Shown: piece by piece, positions 21,438 to 29,309 of the stretch | Layout: each line of letters opens with the position of its first letter | How positions within the stretch are numbered: position 1 is the stretch's first letter | DNA from: Chthoniobacteraceae bacterium | GTDB taxonomy: Bacteria > Verrucomicrobiota > Verrucomicrobiia > Chthoniobacterales > Chthoniobacteraceae | Assembly (NCBI GenBank): GCA_031409335.1 | Contig: JANNWY010000193.1 | Span: 1 to 64,000, forward strand | DNA: 64,000 nt | Direction of reading: 5' to 3' | Translations under genes and position numbers: made by a program | Notes under the pieces: model-generated | Told to the model about the DNA's origin: nothing | Databases searched by the model: none | Seen by the model: the letters and a program-made list of their open reading frames with translations, nothing else

Positions 21438-22823
21438 CTAGTTTTCGGGGTCTTTGCTCCATTTCGACGAACGGATGACAACGTCGGTGGAAAATACGCG
21501 ATAGTTGATCTTGTCTGCCTGTAGTCGCGATTCGAGCAAGGCAAGATCCTTCAGCAGGTCTTCTTCATCTTCGACATGCGTGAACAACTGCTTGTCCCTG
21601 ATCGTCCAGTCCGGGATCACTTTACCAGCGGCGCGCACAGCTGAAGGCTCGTCAATCGCAACCATCACTACCTGAACTATCGGCGGAAGTTTGTTGTCGC
21701 GCACTGAGTTGGCCAGTCCTACATTGCCCTTATCCTTTTCCTGAACGCGCCACGAATCATATTGATAGTCAGGAGCCAGCGAGCCAATTTTTGTTTTGCC
21801 ACCTCCTGGCCGATCTTTCTCGGAAACTTTTGGGAGAATCACCAGGGCGATGACATTGTCGGCCATGACCCGACCGTAGGAGAATCGACTCGTGGCATTG
21901 GTGGCGTTTTGAGTCGTTCGCTGCAACGCCCCAACACCCCTGTCGTTTTCCATCCAATAAGGACGGATCCAGGTTGAATTCGTCGCAATTGCGCGACTTC
22001 CGGGAACGGTGGTTGTCCGGCCTTCGTAGAAAGCCTGCTTCCGATTGAGATACTGTGGGGTGACCGAATACCTCCATTCCCAATTGAGAGCGGGTGTCGA
22101 ACGGGTGGGGTCGTTCGGTTTTCCGTCAACTACTTCCAACCTCTTAAAGATCTGCAATTCCTCAGCCGGGACACTCAATTCCATCAACCGAAATCGAATG
22201 CGGGGAGGCACGCCTGGCTCCGTGTCAGTCGCAAGGGGAAGCACGTTCGGCCGCCATGGATCGTCTCCATATTCGATGAAATAGCCACAGGCAGTCAACA
22301 TGGCGTCCAGTCCGCGGAAGCGGCGAGTCGCTTCGAAACCAGACTTGGGCAGTCCAGGTTCTTCAGTGATTCCTAGTGGTGCGAAGAAGAAAATGCCATG
22401 GGTTGGGTAGGCGCGTTCAGCGGGTCGGGTGAGCCCGGGGATGGCGGGATTCGCGGTGAAGATCCCTGGAACTGTGCCACTGCCAGTAGTTGCATTGCTG
22501 AGATGACCGGAGACAAAATGGAGTTCGGATTGACGCCGGAAAAGGTAGTTCGCCGCAGCATCACCTGATGCAGTATCCGTCGCACGATAGTATGTGCTTA
22601 GTGTGGCTTGACTGAGGCGCCGATTGAGCGCCTCGAATGCTGCCCGGCTTGCCTGAAACTGCGCAATTTTCGAGGTCGTGCGTTTCCAGACATTTTGGGT
22701 CTGATCGACCGTGCCAAGTAGCAGCAGCATCAGCAAGGCAATCAGGCCCGTCGAAACCATCAATTCAACAAGAGTAAAACCTTCGGTGGAGAAATGTCTG
22801 CGGGATTTGGACGAGATATTCAT
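21438..22823 (-). CDS. Verru_Chthon cassette protein C (prepilin-type N-terminus)
   Basis: G|FTLVELMVST methylation motif; FQASRAAFE, LSQATL, RQSELHF, HGIFFFAPLG, RFRLME, LPPIVQVVMVAIDE. Confidence 0.88.
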   Translation of the reverse strand: MNISSKSRRHFSTEGFTLVELMVSTGLIALLMLLLLGTVDQTQNVWKRTTSKIAQFQASRAAFEALNRRLSQATLSTYYRATDTASGDAAANYLFRRQSELHFVSGHLSNATTGSGTVPGIFTANPAIPGLTRPAERAYPTHGIFFFAPLGITEEPGLPKSGFEATRRFRGLDAMLTACGYFIEYGDDPWRPNVLPLATDTEPGVPPRIRFRLMELSVPAEELQIFKRLEVVDGKPNDPTRSTPALNWEWRYSVTPQYLNRKQAFYEGRTTTVPGSRAIATNSTWIRPYWMENDRGVGALQRTTQNATNATSRFSYGRVMADNVIALVILPKVSEKDRPGGGKTKIGSLAPDYQYDSWRVQEKDKGNVGLANSVRDNKLPPIVQVVMVAIDEPSAVRAAGKVIPDWTIRDKQLFTHVEDEEDLLKDLALLESRLQADKINYRVFSTDVVIRSSKWSKDPEN

Positions 22824-22844
22824 GGGATGATGACTGGGTATGGT

Positions 22845-23462
22845 TCAATCGATGTCATTCTCGCTTTCCATCCTGGCGACGATGAAGGTGCGGGAGCGCA
22901 CATTCAAAGCCTTGCCATCTTTGAAAAGGTCCGAGGATTTCTTGACCGAGTTGAAATCCGCTTTCGACTTCGGTTGAAGGAAATCACCGATTACCACAAC
23001 GATTCGTTTTGAATCTTTCAATTCGCGTTTCGGATCTGGATTCCGACTCTCGACACCTGGCTGGTAGGAGTTTTCCACCAGTAATTTTGCCTCATAAAGG
23101 CGCCGTGATTGCACTTCCTTCGATTGGGACGGGCTGTCCTCGGAATCGGTTCGTCGTCCCTCCTCGTCGAAGTAGTAAATGTCTCCCCCTCTGTTTTCGT
23201 CGAGAGTTTCAATATGCTTCCATCGGGTCACCTGCACCATCGCATTCATCTCCTGCATGATGGTGATGTCGTTCGTTGAATCGACGGATGCCCGGAAGGT
23301 TTGCATTCCGGTCGGCAGGAGGCCGAACAGGGCTACGAATGCGAAGGCGATGATGCCGATGGCGAGGGTAACTTCGACCAAACTGAAGCCGCCGTTTCGG
23401 GCTTCAATTGACCTCGGCAGGTTGCCGGAGAGGGGAGTGTCTTGTGAGGGCAGGCGGTGCAT
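22845..23462 (-). CDS. Verru_Chthon cassette protein B (prepilin-type N-terminus)
   Basis: G|FSLVEVTLAIGIIAFAFVALFGLLPTG and YFDEEG motifs. Confidence 0.88.
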   Translation of the reverse strand: MHRLPSQDTPLSGNLPRSIEARNGGFSLVEVTLAIGIIAFAFVALFGLLPTGMQTFRASVDSTNDITIMQEMNAMVQVTRWKHIETLDENRGGDIYYFDEEGRRTDSEDSPSQSKEVQSRRLYEAKLLVENSYQPGVESRNPDPKRELKDSKRIVVVIGDFLQPKSKADFNSVKKSSDLFKDGKALNVRSRTFIVARMESENDID

Positions 23463-23663
23463 ACATCGTATTTACACAGCTCGATCCGTTCTCTGTCAAA
23501 GGTTTTGTTTGACTATTTTTAACCTGCGCAACTTCACCTGCCTCGCGTTTCACCGCGCGGACCCCTCGATAGGGCGACGGACTCCGCGCTGGGACGCTCT
23601 GTGAAACTACCTGACGGTCTTGCGTTTACTGGCGTTTCCCGGCAATCGAGAGCCAGAGCGAAA

Positions 23664-24119
23664 TCAGGCTTTGCCGCCGAATGACACGTAATCGTCGAGA
23701 TCCAGCAAGTCTGCCCAAGTGGAAATATCCTCGCGCAGCGGGCCGGCGTCTTTGTGGAGGCCGTTGAAGAATTCCCGGGTTTCGACATCGGATGGCACCA
23801 CTTGGTCGCGCCATGCCGACCACTGCACGATCTCCCATGGTGCCCGCTTTTGTGTCGCATTCGCTTCGATCCACTCGAGGATTTCTCCGTCGCCTTTTCC
23901 TTTCGCGAGTTCGGCCTTGAGGCCATCGGGGTCGATGCCGGTGTATTTCAAAAAGTGCTGATCGAGCGGGCAGGCGAAATGGTAGTCGCCATTTTTCCCA
24001 ATGAGTTCAGCGCGGCCTTTGTCGAGCATCCGCGGCAGCAATGCGTAGCCGCCGAGCCTTGTCCGGGCGCTGCGCGGCGGGCGTGTCGTGAGATCGGTGG
24101 GTGGGATTTTCATGGGCAC
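23664..24119 (-). CDS. DUF5069 domain protein
   Basis: DLTTRPPRS...LGGYALLPRMLDKGRA...YHFACPLDQ...DLLDLDD. Confidence 0.85.
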   Translation of the reverse strand: MPMKIPPTDLTTRPPRSARTRLGGYALLPRMLDKGRAELIGKNGDYHFACPLDQHFLKYTGIDPDGLKAELAKGKGDGEILEWIEANATQKRAPWEIVQWSAWRDQVVPSDVETREFFNGLHKDAGPLREDISTWADLLDLDDYVSFGGKA

Positions 24120-24120
24120 G

Positions 24121-24777
24121 TCAGATGCGGACGATGAGCTTTTCCGCGGGAAAGCGCACTTTTGGCAGGGCCGCGTATTTGTCGTCGCCGGAGCGGTATC
24201 CAGCGGCGCAGGCGACGGCGGCGGTGAGTCCCTTTTCCCGCAGGCCGAGGATTTCGTCGTATTGCGATGGGACGAAGCCTTCCATCGGGCACGTGTCGAT
24301 GCTGAGCAGCGCGGCGGCGGTCATGAAATTTCCGAGCGCGATGTAACCCTGCCGCGCGGCCCATTCGGCGGCCGCTTTTCCGCGTTCTCCGTCCACGACA
24401 TCGGCGGTCAGCATTTTTTTGAATCCCGCCAGGTCTTGCACGTTTCCCCCGCGCACTTCCGCGATGCGCGCGATGTATTCATCCACATCCGCCGCGGTAT
24501 TCGCCGTGCGCACCGCGAAGACGACGTAGTGCGAGCAATCCGCGGGCTGCCGCTGATTCCACGAGGCGGGCACGAGCTTTTCGCGCGTCGCCGCGTCCGT
24601 GATGACGAGAAAGCGGTATGGCTGCATCCCGTAGCTCGATGGGGAAAGGACGAGCGTTTCCTCCAGCGCTGACCAATCGACTGCGGCGATTTTTTTTGCG
24701 GGATCGAATGCCTTGGTGGCGTAGCGCCACTGGAGTTTACTGAGAAGTGTCTCGGTGGAGATGGTTGGATGAGTCAT
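24121..24777 (-). CDS. Nitroreductase family NAD(P)H-dependent oxidoreductase
   Basis: WRYATKAFD, LSPSSYGMQP, IDTCPMEGF, KVRF. Confidence 0.93.
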   Translation of the reverse strand: MTHPTISTETLLSKLQWRYATKAFDPAKKIAAVDWSALEETLVLSPSSYGMQPYRFLVITDAATREKLVPASWNQRQPADCSHYVVFAVRTANTAADVDEYIARIAEVRGGNVQDLAGFKKMLTADVVDGERGKAAAEWAARQGYIALGNFMTAAALLSIDTCPMEGFVPSQYDEILGLREKGLTAAVACAAGYRSGDDKYAALPKVRFPAEKLIVRI

Positions 24778-24784
24778 TGGTAAA

Positions 24785-24809
24785 ATCTGTAACCGTCTCA
24801 GTTACAGAT
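24785..24809. promoter_or_regulatory. Putative operator ATCTGTAAC-N7-GTTACAGAT upstream of the nitroreductase
   Basis: Perfect 9-bp inverted repeat a few bases upstream of the ATG; AT-rich, no U-tract. Confidence 0.6.
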
Positions 24810-24855
24810 GCAAGTTGTTCGGCGAAATATTTTCGCGTGATCCCGAGTCAGCGGC

Positions 24856-25584
24856 TCACCACGGCACTGGCTTGCGCGAATTGAAAAAGCCGCCGGTCGT
24901 CCCGTCCGCGGGCAGGGTGGCGAGCCACACGGGCGTGTCCGCGCCTTGCTCCACGGTGCCGGGCGCGCTGGGGCCGCCCATGTCGGTTTTCACCCAGCCA
25001 GGGCAGGCGGAGTTGACCTTGATCGGCGTGCCGCTCAACTCGGATGCGAGTTCGATGGTGAACATATTCAGCGCACTCTTCGATGAGTCGTAGCCGAGCA
25101 CTTTGTAATCGCCGAGCGGCTGGGCGGGATCGGCTTGGAGGGTGTGCGAGCCGAGTGAACTCGAGACGTTGACGATGCGCCCCGCGCTGCTTTTTCGCAG
25201 CAGCGGCAGCAGGGCCTGGGTGACTTCCACCACGCCGAAAAAATTTGTCTCGAAGACCTCGCGAATCGTTTCCACGGGCGTCTCCGCGGGTTTCAGTGTG
25301 GCATCGTGCATGACGCCCGCATTATTCACGAGGATGTCGAGTTTGCCGTATTCGCGCTCGATGAAATCGTGCGCCCGTTGCGCGGACGGGCCGTGCTTCA
25401 CATCGAGCGTGAGGGTGTGCGCGTCGAAGCCCTCGCCGCGCAGCACGGCCGCCGCGTCCTCTCCGCGTTTTGGCGAGCGCGCGCCGATGAGCACGGTGAT
25501 GCCGAGCTTGCCGAGCTGGCGGGCGATCTCGAAGCCGATGCCTTTGTTGGCGCCGGTGATGAGGGCGATTGTTTTCGTGGTCAT
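24856..25584 (-). CDS. Short-chain dehydrogenase/reductase (carbonyl reductase-like)
   Basis: TGANKGIG, NNAG, YDSSK, CPGWVKTDMGG. Confidence 0.93.
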   Translation of the reverse strand: MTTKTIALITGANKGIGFEIARQLGKLGITVLIGARSPKRGEDAAAVLRGEGFDAHTLTLDVKHGPSAQRAHDFIEREYGKLDILVNNAGVMHDATLKPAETPVETIREVFETNFFGVVEVTQALLPLLRKSSAGRIVNVSSSLGSHTLQADPAQPLGDYKVLGYDSSKSALNMFTIELASELSGTPIKVNSACPGWVKTDMGGPSAPGTVEQGADTPVWLATLPADGTTGGFFNSRKPVPW

Positions 25585-25605
25585 GATTTGGAAATAGTCC
25601 GCGGG

Positions 25606-27024
25606 TTACTTCGCGCCAAACGCCCAGAGATGGGCCGCGGTGCGAATGTAGAGTTTGTTTTCGACAAATGCAGGCGTGGCATGGAGCGCCTCGCCGAGAT
25701 CGTTCGTGGCGAGGATTTCGATTTTGTCGCCCGCTTTTAGCACGAGTAATTTTCCATTCGCCGCTCCGAGCCAGACTTTTCCATCCGCGCCCACGGGCGA
25801 CATGTAGTAGTCCCCCGCGACCCCGAGCCGCTGCTTGTCGATCACGATTTTTCCGGACGCGAGATCGTAAGTCGTGAGCAGGCCGCCATCTTTCGCGAGC
25901 CATAGCCGGCCCTCATACGCGAGCGGTGATGCGACGTACGGCGCGCCCTTTTCGCTGATCCACGGCACATGCGTTTCGGTGATGTCGCCCTTGCCGCCGG
26001 GCGCGATCGCGAGCACGACATTTTTTCCGCGCGCCATCCAGGTCAGCCCGACCTCCCATTCCTCGCGCTCCCACATGCCGTTTTTGTTTCTGTCGTTCAC
26101 GTCAAAAAAATCCTTGAACCCGGTGGGCGCAAGCTCGGCGCGCGCGAGTTTGCCGTCCTTGTCCGCGTCCATGCCGCCGAGCAGTTGGTCGAAAGTCGGC
26201 ATCGGTTCGCTGGCGGTGCCCGGGCTCCATGTGGCGATGTAAAGACGGCCATCCGCGCCGACCGTCGGCGTGGTGCAGGGATACGAGGAAAGGCCGCGCA
26301 CGATCCACCGCTCCTCGCCAGTCTTGAGATCGTAGCCTTTTGCGCGCGTGTCGCCGAGCACCACGAGCGCGCCATCCCACACCACAGGCGAGCCAAAGCT
26401 CACGCGGAAATCCTTGCGCGAAGCGCGCCAGCGTTCCTTCCCCGTCTTCGCGTCGATCGCGTAGAGCCCCTGGCCGGGCCCATCTTCATCGCGCAGCAGA
26501 TACACGATGCCATCGTGCAGGATCGGCGAACTGCCGGTGCCGAATCCGTCCTTCGACTGCGCCATCGGCATGGGCAGCGTCCACAGTTCCTTCCCGTCGG
26601 GATCATGGCAGAGCAGGCCGAACGATCCGAAGTAAGACACCACCCGCTCGCCGTCGGTCGCGCAGGTCGAGGCGGCGGGGGAGCCGAGTTTTTGGAAATA
26701 AGTTTCGAGCTGTTTCACCGCGACCGGTTTGCGCCACAGCACCGCGCCATCGCGTTGGGAAAGAGCGAGCACTTCGAGTTGGCCGTCGCGAAAGCCGGTC
26801 AGGAAAATCCGTTCTCCCGCGATCACCGGCGATGACGAGCCGGAGGGAAGTTCGACTTTCCAGAGCAGATTTTTTCCCGGGCCAAATTCGACCGGCGGCT
26901 TTTCCCCGGCAGCCACGGCAGTGAATGAGCTGCCGCGGAATTGCGACCAGCCCGGCGAGGCGGCGTGGCTGCTGGCTGCAAGGTTGAGCGCGAGGCTCGC
27001 GGTAAAGCTCGGAAGGTGGTGCAT
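25606..27024 (-). CDS. PQQ-like beta-propeller protein with EF-hand insertion
   Basis: WSQFRG start, repeated G..LW / SSP motifs; DADKDGKLARAE and DRNKNGMWEREE EF-hand-like loops. Start uncertain (27024 or 27099). Confidence 0.82.
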   Translation of the reverse strand: MHHLPSFTASLALNLAASSHAASPGWSQFRGSSFTAVAAGEKPPVEFGPGKNLLWKVELPSGSSSPVIAGERIFLTGFRDGQLEVLALSQRDGAVLWRKPVAVKQLETYFQKLGSPAASTCATDGERVVSYFGSFGLLCHDPDGKELWTLPMPMAQSKDGFGTGSSPILHDGIVYLLRDEDGPGQGLYAIDAKTGKERWRASRKDFRVSFGSPVVWDGALVVLGDTRAKGYDLKTGEERWIVRGLSSYPCTTPTVGADGRLYIATWSPGTASEPMPTFDQLLGGMDADKDGKLARAELAPTGFKDFFDVNDRNKNGMWEREEWEVGLTWMARGKNVVLAIAPGGKGDITETHVPWISEKGAPYVASPLAYEGRLWLAKDGGLLTTYDLASGKIVIDKQRLGVAGDYYMSPVGADGKVWLGAANGKLLVLKAGDKIEILATNDLGEALHATPAFVENKLYIRTAAHLWAFGAK

Positions 27025-27091
27025 CACACTTTCTTGAATGGCCCGCGCGGATTTGGCGAAGCCATTTTCCAGCACGAGCCCGGATTGCGTC

Positions 27092-27736
27092 TCATGCATT
27101 CACGCCTTGGATTGCGCGCTGATCCTTCGCCGCATCCGCCGCGCGCCAGAGATACCATGCCGCCGTCGTCGCGTGCGGGCGCCAGCGTTCGCCGAGCGCG
27201 AGGAGTTCTTTTGGCTTCGGCATTTCGGCAAGGCCGAAGGCAATGCGGCAACCATTTCGCACGCCAAAATCGTCGATCGGCAGCACATCGGAACGGCCGA
27301 GTTTGAAGATGAGCAGCATCTCCACCGTCCAGCGTCCCACGCCTCGCACCGTCACGAGCCGTGCGATGATTTCCTCATCCGGCATTGCCTGGATCACGCG
27401 CGAAGTCGGCACCGTCCCATCCAGCGTCTTCGCCGCAATGTCGCGAATCGCCGCGATTTTCGCCCACGAAAATCCGCACGCCCGCAGCGCATCGTCATGC
27501 ACTTCCGCGAGGTGCTTCGCGGTGGGAAAGCGCGTGCCGGGAAACAGCGCGCGAAACCGCCGCAGGATCGTTTCGGCGGCGATTCCGTTCAATTGCTGAT
27601 GCGCGACCGCGCTCACCAGCGATGCAAATGGCGAGCGCTTTGTGTCCGGCACGATGGCACATGGTCCGTGCGTGCGGATCAGCCGTCGCATGACGTTGCA
27701 TCGCCTGCTCAGATACGCGTGAGCCTCGGGCGTCAT
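27092..27736 (-). CDS. alkA: DNA-3-methyladenine glycosylase II (HhH-GPD family)
   Basis: LVTVRGVGRWTVEMLLIF..GR.DVLPIDDFGVR, WRPH.T.AAWYLW. Confidence 0.88.
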   Translation of the reverse strand: MTPEAHAYLSRRCNVMRRLIRTHGPCAIVPDTKRSPFASLVSAVAHQQLNGIAAETILRRFRALFPGTRFPTAKHLAEVHDDALRACGFSWAKIAAIRDIAAKTLDGTVPTSRVIQAMPDEEIIARLVTVRGVGRWTVEMLLIFKLGRSDVLPIDDFGVRNGCRIAFGLAEMPKPKELLALGERWRPHATTAAWYLWRAADAAKDQRAIQGVNA

Positions 27737-27738
27737 GC

Positions 27739-27832
27739 GGGGAAATGACCAATCACCAATCACCAATCACCAATTGGCAGCCGGTTCCCACGCGCGCCGA
27801 CATTTCGGACATTGGACATTGGTCATTTCCCC
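27739..27832. repeat. Intergenic heptamer tandem repeats in inverted arrangement
   Basis: (CACCAAT)x3 facing GACATTG-type repeats; terminal IR GGGGAAATGACCAAT / ATTGGTCATTTCCCC. Confidence 0.8.
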
Positions 27833-28275
27833 TCCTCGCCCTGCTCCAGTTGGCGCAGCACATCGCTGCGATCGTCCACTTCATCCCACACTTCGCGGCT
27901 CACATAGATCGGCGCGCGCTGCTGAATCGCGAGCGCGATGCAATCGCTCGGACGCGCATCCAACTCGACGATCTTTTTTTCAAAAAGCTCATTCTCCGCC
28001 GTGATGATGAGCCGCGCGAAATACGTCTCGCTCTTCAAATCGTTCACGATCACGCGCTCCACCTTCGCGCCGAGCGCCGCGAGCAGATTCGCCATCAGAT
28101 CATGGGTCAGCGGGCGCTCCTTCGGCGTCGCGTTCATGAACATCGTGATCGCCGCGCCCACACTTTCATCCACGTAAATCACGAACACCTTTTCATCATT
28201 GCCGACAAAAACCGCGCGCCCGGAATTGAACGGAAGCACCGCGCGGACTTTGATTTCGACGACTGGTCTGCTCAT
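27823..28275 (-). CDS. Bifunctional nuclease family protein (DUF151)
   Basis: RPLTHDL, YFARL, LDARPSDCIALA, PIYV. Confidence 0.9.
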   Translation of the reverse strand: MSRPVVEIKVRAVLPFNSGRAVFVGNDEKVFVIYVDESVGAAITMFMNATPKERPLTHDLMANLLAALGAKVERVIVNDLKSETYFARLIITAENELFEKKIVELDARPSDCIALAIQQRAPIYVSREVWDEVDDRSDVLRQLEQGEEGK

Positions 28276-28334
28276 GCGTCCCAAGTTTCCGCCTCGGCCC
28301 GCGCGTGTCGAGGGGGAAAACGGGCCGCGCGAGT

Positions 28335-29297
28335 TCAGCGCGCCTTCTCCACGACCTCGCTCAATTTCACCGCGCCGCCGCCGCGCCGTTTGCTTTCGTC
28401 CGCCGCTTCCATGAACGCGAAAATTTCCAGCGTCTCCTCCGGCGTCACCGGAGCGATGCCGGTTTGGAAAAAATTCACGACCTCGCGGACGAGCGGCGCG
28501 TAGGTTTCCACGCCGGGCTTTTGCTCGGCAAAGCCGTTGCTGCCAAACACGGAAACCTTGTGCGGAAGCGGCTTCGTGCGGATCGCGTGCAGCACGCCGA
28601 TACGCCCGCCGCTCCATGTGCCGGTGATCGTATCCGCGTCCGCGCTGCTCGTGCGCATCACGGATTCACAGCCGCGGCCGAGCACGGTGAAAAGCGCCTC
28701 GGTCGGGTGAATGCCGTACCAAAACAAATCGGGATGATGGGCCTCCAGCGGCGACGGGCCGTAGGAAATCGCGCTGCGGATTTCGCCGATGTCCGCCTTC
28801 TTCACTTCAATCATCGTGTCGTAGTAGCGATAGGCGGACGAGGTGAAAACCGGCACGTTCGCGTCCTTTGCAAGCCGGAAAATCTCGATCGCATCGCGCA
28901 GCGTGCCGCCGACCGGCTTGTCGATGAAGAGCCGCTTTTTCGCCGCGATCACAGGCCGCGCCTGCGCGAGATGCGGGCGGCCATCGACGCTGAGCAGCAG
29001 CACGCAATCCACCTCGCCGCACAGCGCCTCGATCGTCGGCACGAACTTCACGCCAAAGTCGCGCTGCATCACCGTCGCGTATTCTTCCACGCGCTCGATG
29101 CTCGATGGAATGTCGGCGCTGCCACTTTTGAAGGCCGCGACCACTTTCCCGCCGGGCACATGATCTGGCGTGGTCGTGTCGTTGAGCAGCTTGGTGAAGG
29201 CGGTGACGTGCGAGGTATCCATGCCGATGACGCCGATTTTCAAATCGTCGGCGAAGGCGGCGGTGCAGATGAGGAGGGAGAAGAAGTGGAGTTTCAT
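28335..29297 (-). CDS. Gfo/Idh/MocA family oxidoreductase (signal peptide)
   Basis: KIGVIGMDTSH, SVDGRPH, FIDKPV, WYGIH. Confidence 0.85.
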   Translation of the reverse strand: MKLHFFSLLICTAAFADDLKIGVIGMDTSHVTAFTKLLNDTTTPDHVPGGKVVAAFKSGSADIPSSIERVEEYATVMQRDFGVKFVPTIEALCGEVDCVLLLSVDGRPHLAQARPVIAAKKRLFIDKPVGGTLRDAIEIFRLAKDANVPVFTSSAYRYYDTMIEVKKADIGEIRSAISYGPSPLEAHHPDLFWYGIHPTEALFTVLGRGCESVMRTSSADADTITGTWSGGRIGVLHAIRTKPLPHKVSVFGSNGFAEQKPGVETYAPLVREVVNFFQTGIAPVTPEETLEIFAFMEAADESKRRGGGAVKLSEVVEKAR

Positions 29298-29309
29298 GGT
29301 TTGGAAATG

